DNA of 64,000 nucleotides. Source: Phoronis australis (Eukaryota > Animalia > Phoronida). The first letter of the stretch is position 1. The number at the start of each line of letters is the position of its first letter. Shown in pieces: positions 48,701 to 61,000 of this stretch. The position numbers and the translations under genes were made by a program. Location of the stretch: NCBI GenBank assembly GCA_002633005.1, contig NMRA01000203.1, forward strand, positions 342,015 through 406,014, in the 5' to 3' direction. Below the pieces are notes generated by a model. The model searched no databases and had not been told where the DNA came from. It saw only the letters and a list, made by a program, of their open reading frames with translations.

Positions 48701-51700
48701 GTTACAACGAAGTCTTTATTTAGTATCTTTCTCAATTAAAACCACCCCGTGTTAGTACATTAGCACAACCCGCGGGCATTTTCTTGTTGTGTCATGTTTT
48801 TGCTATTTGCTTCTCATATTGTCTTGTTAAGTGCACTGAGGGTGAATCGTCTTATTGCACGTTTACCTTATGAATAGTTGCTTTAAAGACACTCTTTGCA
48901 CTCCATTTTTGCTAAAAACTTCATGAAACGGATCTTCTGGCAAACCATTTTAATCGAACTGCTCTTTGAACATGAAGAAGAATGTTTTTCATAATAAATT
49001 GAATTTAATACTGGTTTTTAGCTTATTTTTTGTCTTGCTGTACTGCACCACTACAAAAGATGGCTGACGATGTGTCAATTGAAATTCTGTTGCTGAGGAA
49101 AGCTGTTGTCGAATCCTGTCGTGTGCTATACTTGGGCTTAGAATTCTGCTTATCTCAAGATCACATTTGCGTGAAATTGGAATACCCTAAAGAACTTAGC
49201 AACCTTAAGCAACTTTACTCAGATAATCACGTTCACGTTTATGAAATTTGCAATGCACTAAACTAAATTACATGTTACTTAAAATTATACATTTTAACCA
49301 ATCTGAATTGGCGATCCTATTCATCAAACAATAGTTAATTAACCATTCACTTATTCCTCCGATTCTTTGACACAAATTCCGCTGCAGAAGAAAGTGGGTG
49401 GTTGTGGGGTCAATAAATAAAAAAATTCTATACACGGAACAAAAAAATTCACCTGATTGATTTAATGGATATTTAATTCCAAGTTCACGCATACGCGATC
49501 TTGAGGTTAAGCATAATTCTTAGTTCATGCACACCCAGAAAGTTCAAAATATGAAGTAAGCAGAAAGGTTGTACTCTGTTGAAAAGGCTTAAAGTCCTTG
49601 CCTCACGCGTTGTTAACCCTTATTACATGGTTAGAAGATGTTATAAGGATCCAAGAAGTACCTACCCCATAACTAATACACGATCCGTACTCGAAAACAG
49701 TTTAAATGAACGCGCCACTCACGATTGCAGAATGGTGAATGTTGACCAATTCCCCTTTTGTCCACTGACGTCACAAGCATACTGGCGCCCCCAGTGGAGG
49801 CCCTGAAAACTCGTAAATAAACTGAGTTCGTGAACCCGGTAGTATCCAGCCTAGCAACGGCGGAGCCAAGCTGGCGAACGGACTTATGTTTATTGTGGGG
49901 CGTTGAGTATCGTTTTTTTTTCTAAAAACATAATGCATGGTATATAATAATGAATGGTATATAGTATCAATTAAATATGATTGAAAGATTCCTTTTTAGT
50001 CGAGCGTAAACGAGGCTATTTCGCGTGAGAATAAAACTTTGGCTTTGCCGTGTGTAACACAGAAGAACATTTGGATGGTGTTGCAGGATCGCGAGAATGA
50101 ATATTCCAATTTTCTTAATTTATTGGAACAATATTAATTTTCTGAGAGGTATGACATGCAACATTATTTAAAAAACACACTAAAACATAGCGACTCTGGA
50201 AAAATCATAAAAAACACTTTAACCACAGTCGCCAGCATGCTTGTTTACGAGTTCTCAGGGCCTCCACTGGGGGCGCCAGTATGCTTGTGACGTCAGTGGA
50301 CAAAAGGGGAANAAAAATAGGTTCGACCCATATTGGTTCCTAGGTTCGACCGGCCTACGTAAGGAACTAAACACCAATGCTATTTTAACATACTAAGTAC
50401 GCGTAACATTCCAAAAAAATCAACGACCACAAACTACAAGCTATAAATACACTACATATGCAAACGAATCACGATATATTACTAATAAAACAAAATAATG
50501 AAGACTTTTCGAGCAAGCCATAGCACATTCAGTTACAAGGAAAAAATGGCGGCGTTCAGGACAAGTTCCTGAACTGATGAGCCGGAAATGTGGGTACGGA
50601 AATAACCGATGACAACTGGTAATCATACGCTCAGAGAAAAGGGTCAAATACGGTTGAAAAATCGCTTTTGGCAAGAAAGGCGACAAGAATGTAAAGAAAG
50701 GGTGTCGAAAATAAGATTTTATGTAGTAAGTATTTTCGGATACTAGAACCACATGGGCAGTTTGCAACAAGGACTTTAATACGGCTTAGGATCACGAGTT
50801 GGCTATTACTACTGTAACGTTTTGATGGGGCTATTCGACAGTCTTTACATTACTAGAGGGCGCGGGTGTACTAATGGTGATAGATTAAGCAGTCTCGATT
50901 TCGCGAGCCCTTTATACATGGTGAAATGGCTTGCAGTCGTGCCAATTGAATCTGAGATTGCGTGAAAAAGGTGCTTCTACGAGAGGAAGTAAACATGACC
51001 TTATAGAAAGTTAAGGTTTGTGATTATTTTAACGATTATTCAAGTTTACAATACTGATGCCTGTTAACTGAGCTACTGACCGGTGTCGTCTTCGGCAGTC
51101 GCCAGTCAGGTTCAGTAATCATTGTTGTGGTGTGGGCATAACCTATGGTGTGTGTTACGATACTTGACGTAGGACTCGGGATGTTTTCGTATAAAAAAGC
51201 AGTATTATTAATGTTTGGGATGATTTCTAACAGGTTTATCAGTCACAGTTACAGCATTCAATGCTGAATGTTTATGCTGTCAACTCGATATTGGTTAGTG
51301 AGGTAAGATTACAATCCAAGCCTAAAGGGTATGTGACAAATATCCATTAGACTATTTGTTTACTCCCTACCCTATGTCGTCCGGAAATCTATTTCACGTT
51401 GACATGGAAATATACTCATGTCTGTTTTCACCTGATCTTCGGTGTTTAGGTTTGAGGGCCAGTACCGTGCAGAAGAGATATCCATCGCTTCTGCAACCGT
51501 CCCTGAATTGACAAAAATTGGTTTTAAGCTCTTGACTTCAGCTAACCAGCAAGATCCTCCAATCAAGTGCAGATCTGTTGTCAAAGCCTGCTTTGTATAT
51601 CGGAGACAACGAGCAAGGTTTGGAAGTTGTTTTGTTAATTTAATTATTCAGGACCTTAGCGGGAGGTTGGCATAAGGGGTTGGGGTTGTAAAATTTAGTG

Positions 51701-54700
51701 CGACTGAATGAGTGAAAATAACAGGTAATAGTGTCTAGAGGAAAGAGCATGGTGAAGTAGTTCTTAACCTTCATGAAGTCCTTTCAAGTTTCATGAAACT
51801 GTTTTGCTATCCATTGTAGACCCACAAAAATATATTTCATTTTCTGAATTCTCAATGACTGAGCAGTCTTAACTCATGCCTTGAAATTTTGCAAGTCGTT
51901 TATAAATTCATATGACTGCCATTTTTGTGAAAATTACATTTTTGCTGTGAACATACGAGTGAGGTAGTATTTGAACATATTCTTACTGCCAATAAGCAAG
52001 AAATGGTGCGTTACGATTTTTAATTACTCTTAAACAACAGAAAGATTAACCACCATTTTTAAATGACCCAAGTCTTCATATCTTCTATTATAAGAAAGAT
52101 AAAAACAATCTGAGCAACGGTTCCCTCACCCTTAGGCCACAAGTGTGTTTGACAGACTCATGATCTGTAAACGGTGATTAAAATTGCTGAAAGAATCAAA
52201 ATTAAAAAGGCTTGAAAATGGGAAACAAAGGTTTGAAGTTGTGTAAAATAACTTCCATATTTTGCAGGCAAGTGATGAGTTTAAAGAATTTTTATGGCTA
52301 GGAATGAAAAATAAAGATGCTGTTTTATACAATACTTATCATATACACCCATGCTTTCTGGAAACAGTAATTATTTAATTTTGTGTGAAATTGTAGAACA
52401 ATTACCATATCATATTTTTGAAAAACAGGGGCATTTTTTTGACCCAACCTGAAGTACATAATTATTCATGTTTCAATGTTTCTTCCAGGTTCAGTGACAT
52501 TTTTAAGGCCACTTGAAGTCGCAACATAGACAAGCTTTGTTACTCCTTTCTCTTCCCACAGCTTGTCCACACACCAACAGTGCTGCATGGCACAATGTTC
52601 AAGCCAGTGACCAGGGAGAAACATGAATTGCAGTACTAAGTTACCATAAGAAAAATGTGCCAGTGGATTGTTTGCATGGGAAGAGGAACTATGTTTGACT
52701 GGTACCCCAGGTAGGATGCCCTTTCATAGGCAATTAGTCATATGTGGACGACAATGACTTATCTTCTTTCCTGGAAGAAACATGAGGGACTGAAGCTAAA
52801 GAAGACCTAGTAACACTCTGGCCTAGTTCAGGGTCAGATTTTGGGTACAAAGCGAGTCAAGTGATATGCTGCTGTGTTCACCTTCAAGAATCTAATTGTG
52901 GGTGACATTGAGGCTGAATGAGGTTACAAGACGGTAAGTCACGTGCCCAAACTGGGCCTTTTTTACAAGCGCGTCTAAGGCCATTGAAACTAGATCCCAG
53001 TGAAATGAAAACCTTTCCTTTCCCACTGAGTGACATTAACCTTTCCTTTCAGAGGAGAAAAATTCTATTTGGTACACATTATGTGGAAGTGACATTCAGT
53101 GACTGCATTGATTGTCTTATTTTCGGTAAAAAGTCTGTTAACGTTACACTTTGATGATCGAAAAATTTTTTCATCAGCAGGCAAGTTTGTCACTAATTAT
53201 TCAACTTGCAAATATTTCTTCCGTTTTAAAGTTCCATTCAGTACACTTGTGGCGCTTCTTTATGAAGCTGAAATGATTACCGATTACGCTTGCGAATTCA
53301 TTTGCCATTTTCCTGTTGACCTATAGAAATGTCCGGCGATCAAAACGAAGTATTCCCTTTGTTTACGTTTGATTTGTTTATGTGTGTAACTATTTTTAGA
53401 GCTTTCTTAAGAAGGCCTTTGAAGAGTTTAAGTTTTGTGTTAACTTGTCTAGAACAAAAGTTCCACAAACAAGCAAAGCATGTTTTCAATCGTAGTTAAA
53501 TGGATAAGAATAGTAAAATAACGGGCGTACGTACATGGCTGTAATTTACAAAAAGTGTTGCTTTTTGTGATATCTTTCGACAGACAAAACTCATTCTGTG
53601 TTCCAAGCAGGTGAAAGTAAAGGCAGCAATATCTTTAAACGGTTCACCTTTGTTTTGTCACCGGATTTACGCAGAGCTGATTTTTTTTCTAATGATTTGA
53701 TGAGTCACATCCGACGTCCAGGCTTTTAACTTTTACTTTGAATTCCATACTAAACAAATAATTCTGAAATTAACACTTACTATGTTCCCCGAGTTTTTTC
53801 AATTATTTTTGACATATGGTGAGGTGTGTTAAAGCATCTGTAAATGTTTCTGTCGTCTTGCAGAATGAGATCTAGATCATGGAATATAAGACAGTCGAAG
53901 GTCCAGTTACTTTCCATGGCCGTCTTGACAGCTGTGTTCATCAGGATCCCTTTGTTAAATCTCTCTTTTCCAAACTGAAAAAATAACGTTTGGATAAGGC
54001 ATGGAACTTTGAAATTGCAGCGCCACCTTTAAAATCGCACGAAAACGCCCAGATTACGAATGGATTTTAATGAGGCGAATAAACTAATCACAATCACAGT
54101 GTGGACAGGAAATGGAGAAGGTCATTTGTTGCTTTTCTAGCTAGATTCTTCGTTGCAAACGTGAATTATTCTTGCTTGAAGTTGGTGAATTTTATCTTGA
54201 CCTTGTCACTGTGTGGCGTGGTTTTAATGAGCATTTTAGTTGCCACAAATTCAGGGCAAGTTCGTTTTTGGACGAGGCCTGCAATATTCCACAGGTCATG
54301 ATATGGAAAAAGGTTGTTGTGTAGGCCTATCCTTGACACACATTTTTTCTATGGGTTCTCGCGAACTGATTTCGGTTAATTCACAATATAAAATTAAAAT
54401 TAGGCAAAACAATCGGTCTTGATTACACACCTATAATTATACAACTGAGTTGTACGCATCTGCGTCTGTTTAAAACCATGAATGTACCTGCTCTGTGACG
54501 ACAATTCTAAAGACAACTTGGTGCCTTTGTAACACCGGAAGCATGTGGCCCAAGAACTGAATAAGATGAAACATTCGATCGCGAAACGGCAACACCAGTA
54601 GGATACTGTGTCGTGCAGCGCACTCTTTTGGGTGGTAGACTCCTCCCCGATAAACGTTGAGGTTGTTCATTTCCACATCGGCCATTGACATATTTTGTAG

Positions 54701-54735
54701 AGATTTGACAGTATCGGCATATATTAGTCGCCCAA
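45729..54735 (-). CDS. B4GALT: GT7 beta-1,4-glycosyltransferase (B4GALT/bre-4 family) catalytic exons 54735-54488, 53974-53781, 47979-47857, 46362-46255, 45876-45729
   Basis: GGVYHPKEC, LPFRDR..HL, FNKG.LMN, DCLIFHDLD, LVGGV, NGYSNLFWGWGGEDDD, DGFSTL, LYTHLLVDVG; all GT-AG and phase-consistent. The symbol indicates family only. Confidence 0.93.
47052..47298. repeat. 42-bp minisatellite, ~6 copies
   Basis: Unit gtgtcaaaatgtagtgaattgacaacttttcagtaagtgNga. Confidence 0.95.
48477..48582. mobile_element. Very short internally deleted MITE
   Basis: TIR agaggtggatc...gatccacctct, resembling the terminus at 28920. Confidence 0.45.
49593..50775. mobile_element. Old Kolobok-like non-autonomous element (TTAA flanks) hosting a younger MITE
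   Basis: ttaa|agtccttg...caaggact|ttaa with further degenerate inverted similarity; interrupted by the N at 50312. Confidence 0.4.
49750..50311. mobile_element. MITE with ~70-bp near-perfect TIRs
   Basis: ttccccttttgtccactgacgtcacaagcatactggcgcccccagtggaggccctga is inverted at 50255-50311; right end cut by N. Confidence 0.85.
51440..52900 (+). mobile_element. Possible highly decayed Kolobok coding remnants (THAP-like and P2X7-C-terminal-like)
   Basis: IHRF..PELTK.W....IC...CF at 51440-51600 and G.ILGTKR..VICCCV at ~52830-52880, both only with frameshifts. Confidence 0.25.
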
Positions 54736-55009
54736 CTGCAATAAAATAATACCTGGTGTCACGACAGAGCTAGAAATGACAAAAACCGGTAGCAAATTCG
54801 ATTAAACACATGTAACTGATCATATTGTCAGTGGCCGGTCTAAGTCTGAACCTCGGATACATTCACCATCGTTTCTTCAAAAGGATGTAGCACTCTTGGC
54901 TTTTTCATTGAAGATTCCTCTTTATTTGAGCATATTTACGAGATTATGGAGAAAGATTTGCATTTACACTTTCCTATTGTATGCATGTCAAACGCAAAAA
55001 GGAATGTAC

Positions 55010-58000
55010 CAGAGGAGTTCAGCAAGCCACAGAATGGCCAATGACGTCGTGGGTCAGATACAAATGGGAAGAATGTCTGAGTGGCTGAGAAATTCATCTA
55101 GAATATGAGAGAGACACAGTCCAACGGTAATCTGGTGGGAATTTTGAATAATACAAATATCAATAATGAACACGTCTCATTGAAGGTCAAATTTCTCGTA
55201 TTGTCGCTCAACACGCGTAGTCCCCCTGCCTGATTCGTCCAACACCCATATATAACACTAATGAGCCTACAAGAATCTTTGCTACTTCCAAGTCTTGCAT
55301 TGACTTGTGCATTACCAACAAGCTCACTTCTATTGCGTCCGCGTTCGTTCTGCCCCCTATCAGCCACTTGGATCGCCATGTCCTACATTCATCCATCCCA
55401 TCATGTTCAGCTCATTATGAACCTTCTCCTACTAAACGTGTTTGAAAATACGGTAAGGTAAATCAAATTCAATTGCATAACGACTTAATCAACCACGATT
55501 GGGATTCAATTCACAGTCGAAACAGTATCGAAACTGTAATGTAGAGATTCAATCAATAATTCAATGACATCCTAGAGAAAAAAATACCATGATTACAAAA
55601 TCGGCCTTACATAAAGCAGTACTGGTGATTTGTTAACAAAATAAAATGCCATTCAGTCAATAACATGTTTCCTCATATACCCTCTAAAGACCTTCCCAAA
55701 CACGCCGATACAACATCGAAAAAATGCACTTTTAATTATTGCTAGAATATTTAACAAACAAAGGCCACATCAATCCGATTAACCAAGACACCGTCTATAG
55801 ACTATCAGTTAAGTGTAAAGAACAACTCACTGACCACCAAACTAGAACTGCAGAAGTTAGAAAACGTCTTGAAGATATCGACGTTAATAAATCAAATGGT
55901 TCATAACAAATAAATCGATAAAAATTATGTATATCTCAATAACATTATCTTGTCAGGCCATTATCTTTCCGATTGGAATTTAGGAATAACGGTACCAATT
56001 CACAAGAAAGACTGCAAGTCAGAAGTGTCAAACTATCGTCCTATCACATTCCTAACACCTCCTCCGAAATTCTAGAAAAGGCTATATTTCGAAATCTCAT
56101 TAGAATTTAAACTCGCAAGATCTCATAGACCCACTGCAGTTTGGTTTTTTACCAGGAAAAAGTACAATATACCAACTCATTGGAATTATTCATGACATGC
56201 ATTTACAATTTTCTGCCTTCGACATGGTCCCACGTGGCCTACTCAGTTACAAGTTAAGACCGTTTCTAATATCTGGCACTATGTTAAGTTAACTGGAATC
56301 TTCACAATCCCATCTATACAGCCTACGAAATGCGAATTGATGGCGAGTATTCAATGTCGTCTTCTCCGGGTTACGTGCATGCGGGTGTGCCCCAGGTCAG
56401 TGTTCTTGGTCCATTATTTTTCCTTCTAAGTTCTATACATCAATGACCTTTCCGACAATATCTCATATGAAACTATCTTTACGCTGATGACACATCTTTA
56501 TTTCTCCCTTCCCCTAAAAAAACTCCACAACTATCTATGAGACTACAAGGTGATCTGTACAAGCTTTCTTCGTGGGCTGTCAAATGGTGAATGAATTTCA
56601 AAACAGAAAAAAGTGTTGACACTATCGTCTCACTATCCAAAAATTCACTTCTGCATGTAGATCTACTATTTGATTTCCAACTTAACGGTGAGAGAATACT
56701 AAACAATATACCCATAAGCACTTAGGCATTATTCTTAATAATAATCTCTCTATATGAATGCTCACTGTCGTGATCTAGATGCTGAGATTCTAAAGTTGTC
56801 AAGTCCCATGAAACTTCTATGAAGACACCTAAGTTAAATGTACCTAGATGTTTTGTTTAATGTATTAGTCCTGCCCCACTTTGACTATGGAGACATCAAT
56901 CAATCCACTGGAGCTGTTGTTCTACTCCACTTAGATCGTTTGCTGTATCAAGCACCACTGTCAATCACAGGATCAGATAAAAAGATAAAGTTCTCGATAG
57001 CGGTAATTGGTCTACACTTTTTGAACGAAGGAAACTACACATTAATTAACTTGTACAAATTTAAGTTCTCAACAACATAAACAATGCGTCTAATAAGCTC
57101 ATATTTAACAAATATGAAAGAAAATGCTGAAGGCCATACAGGCCTGAGGAATTCCCATATTTCCACCATCCCTCCGTAATACACCAGGGTAACTCGCAGA
57201 TCAGCAATTTTAGTGTCCATAGACAACTGGAATACACTGCCTGCAAATTTAAAAGACAGCCGTGCAACCTCAATGAACAAAATAAGCTTTAAAAATCACT
57301 TCTGTCATGCTAATCCACCTTTCCCTCGTACCAAGTTTAAAACTATTCCTAGAGCTCACGAGATATTTCAATACATTGCGTTCTGGGCTTTCACTTAAAG
57401 GCGAAGGCAACCTTTTTCCATGTCATTTTGAGCTAAAATAAGGTTGGTTGGTTATCCTAGACATATTTTCCACTTAATTACAGCTTTTCGTAATTTTGTA
57501 AATTACTCGTCCGCTACTCCGGAAGTGACGTTTTAGGAGGCAAGCGTTTCCCGCCACTTGGTTTTGCGTTGACTTTACCGTGCGAATCTGTTCTATTCTA
57601 CTTTTGTTTTGTGCTGNNNNNNNNNNNNNNNNNNNNNNNNNNNNNNNNNNNNNNNNNNNNNNNNNNNNNNNNNNNNAGCGATGCAAAGGTACTCCCAAAG
57701 CGCGCGTGAGCCGATAATTAGTACATCCTGGTACGCAGCAACAGTGTGGCATGTTGACTGACTAGTAAATGAAAGCAAACGACGACGGAACTTAACACAA
57801 CCGAGGTAGAACAATGACTGACTCGGCAGCTCTCACAGTCAGACTATATGAAAAGAAATTGGCGCGAAATGCTTGCCTCCTAAAACGTCACTTCCGGAGT
57901 AGCGGACGAGTAATTAATAAAATTACGAAAAGCTGTAATTAAGTGGAAAATATGTCTAGGATAACCAACCAACCTTATTTTAGCTCAAAATGACATGGAA

Positions 58001-61000
58001 AAATGTTGCCTTCGCCTTTAACTCCGATAGATTTCGACGCAATTTTACAGACGCCTCTCTGGGGGTAATTGGGAGAAAACAACGACAGGAACTCTTCCAG
58101 GGCCCGGTCTCTAATCTTTGTACTCGAAACGAACTCGAAACTATTTTTGGCAATTTCTCTGCTCCTTTTGTGCGAACTTATGATAATTGGTTATCAGACT
58201 GTGCTCGGATACATTATAGTTTATGCATAGGAGTTTCTAGTTCAAGTTTGCCCTTGAAGACCCTTATATTCGTGCTACAAAGTCGAGTAAAAACTCGACA
58301 TTTCGAGTTCAAACTCGAACTTATTGTTTTAATATTGGGTTTACAAACTGTGAACTAAGGGCAATAAATTATCTACGTAAATTATTGTGTAATCGAGCAT
58401 AGAATAATAGACACTTATCTTGAGTTCGCCCAAAAGTAAAGTAGAAAATGCCTAATTTCGAGTAAAAAGATTGGAGACCGGGCCCATGTCATCGAAAGTA
58501 ACTCTTATACCACAATATGAGCCTCGAATGGCAGATACAAACGTGTAAAGTTATCTCACTAGTGAGATAACATTTTGGCGGGAAATCGAGGTCGGATTCG
58601 AACCCGGGCCTCAAGAGTTTCAAGTCGCCGACTTTACCACTACACCACTTAGTGGCTGACGTCATCCAACGTGAAAATAGAATACTTAAATGAGCACGCG
58701 CAACAATCGCATGTTCAGCAAAGGGCATTGCACCGACATTTATACGCTATGAAAAATAAAACGCATAGTTTCCATAAAAACGATACTTTAATTCAGTGAA
58801 ATTTTTCTCTCGTGTTCTCTCACTTGTAAATCACCGATCTCCAATTTGAATGCGGGTATCGTGTCATCGGGATCCTTTGACTTGAGCATTATAGTCAGTT
58901 ACTAGTGGTAACCTACTTTAGCAGACGATATTTTCCCGGTCGAAGCTTAGCGTGATAAAATGCGTAGTTAGCTATAATAGTTGATAAACCTTAATTTATA
59001 GATTCACTTTATTTCTATTTTGTTTAAATTTTCAATTGGTTTTGAGTATAAGCATTATTTGACAAAAATAGTTCGGCTTTTCTTAAAAGGTCACGACCTC
59101 CAACCCCGGGCCTCTGACATAGAAAGTAGTTACAAAGCCGAGGCGAGTCGAGAAAGGTAGATTGATTCATTGCAATGTTTCTCGTTCAGTATGTGGTATA
59201 AATAGATTATTACATGTTCTCAGCTGTTATCCCGCGTTATCTAGAGCCCTCGTTGATTTTGGAGAATTATCACTCGAGGGGCGTTAGCCCCGAGGGTGAG
59301 GCTCTAGATAACGGGGGATAACGACTTCGCCATGTAATAATCTATATTTATGTAAAAAAACGTATTATGAGGCCAAAGCTTATATACAATAAACATGTCT
59401 GAATGTGATTCAGATTCTCTTACTGACGTACCAGGCCGCACTTCTGAAGTTGCATGCGAACATGTATGTGTACTTCAACACAAAGTCGAAAGCTTCAAGT
59501 GATTCTTTGATCATAATGACCATTGTCCTGTTCACAATATCGTAGCACCGCATGCCTGTTGCGTAATAAAAACAATTTTTGCGGTGGTCATTTTTGGCAG
59601 TGAAAAAACAAATTCAAATGCAACGAAAACTGTAAGGAATTGCTCTACGTATTTAGAAGATACAATGTCAATATAAAATCTCCTTACCTAAATGTGGCGG
59701 CATTTGAGGGCACAGTGATGACCCCTGTAAACAGAAAAAAATGAATTTGTGTTAAATTTTGATGATGGCTCCGAAAATTGATGCTGGAACTACATAGGTC
59801 TTTTGTGCGATGATTTTGTCGAGAGCGGTGGTCACATCTACAGGGGTTTGTAAAAGATCAATGACTTTAGTTAATTGTTAAGAATATTTTAGGAAAGTTA
59901 CGAATTTCCCCGATAGTAGTGTCCAGTTATTCCCCAACAAGTGAAAACAGTCATCCGAAGATGCTTCCGCACACCGTCTAAAGAAGCCCTGAAATGAAGA
60001 TAAAAGACAACAAATGTACAGACAAACGTAGTCAGGCAAACTCCATTTCTCAGTCCTTGATGCTAAGTACTTGCTCCAAGTTGCTGTCCACATGCATCGT
60101 CCACAATCACCACTGCTTTCCGCTTGTCAAGTCATCTCAGTTAACCTTCTAGCCAAACGCATCAACGATTTTCCAGAGCAAGTCTGGGCATCTCACTTTT
60201 ACTGCTGGTCAAACGTCTCGGGGTCCATTGATTCCACAGAACACCCCCATTTGGCGAAGTGGGCAAAAAGGTCCGCCTCAGAGAAACGATAAGTCCGAGA
60301 AAACGAGACAAATGGGAGAATTTATAAAGTACCAAGTGGGGTACACCAAACAGCCAACTGGGCTATAACAACCTGGCACAGCAGGTTCCGGACAAGCTGA
60401 GTGAAAAGGCCAGCCGGAGTGACGAAAATAGATATTGTAAGGAACGTGGTGTTGTGGTTCAGTTTGTGCCATATGGGCAGGGTTGTTCATGGATGAACAA
60501 TCCTGTCCACCGCCACAAACCGCGTGGGGGCCGTGACCCTTGTAGTCAAGGGACGAATAGGAGTGAGAGGTGATATGGGAAAAAGTAGTCGGGACCTTGA
60601 ACAATACAATAAAATATATAATATGATGAAACCATCTAAGAGACTTTTACCTAAGCATAACTGAGAGAGCTATGGACCATAAACCCGAGGTCCGCCAGCA
60701 GTGGGCACCCTTTATAGCATTGAGANGCAAGTCTGGGCATCTCACTTTTACTGCTGGTCAAACGTCTCGGGGTCCATTGATTCCACAGAACACCCCCATT
60801 TGGCGAAGTGGGCAAAAAGGTCCGCCTCAGAGAAACGAAAAGTCCGAGAAAACGAGACAAATGGGAGAATTTATAAAGTACCAAGTGGGGTACACCAAAC
60901 AGCCAACTGGGCTATAACAACCTGGCACAGCAGGTTCCGGACAAGCTGAGTGAACAGGCCAGCCGGAGTGACGAAAATAGATATTGTAAGGAACGTGGTG

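Noticed and set aside
58575-58657. Functional tRNA-Ser(TGA)
   Set aside because: Acceptor and anticodon stems do not pair and there is no proper long variable arm; treated as a SINE head.
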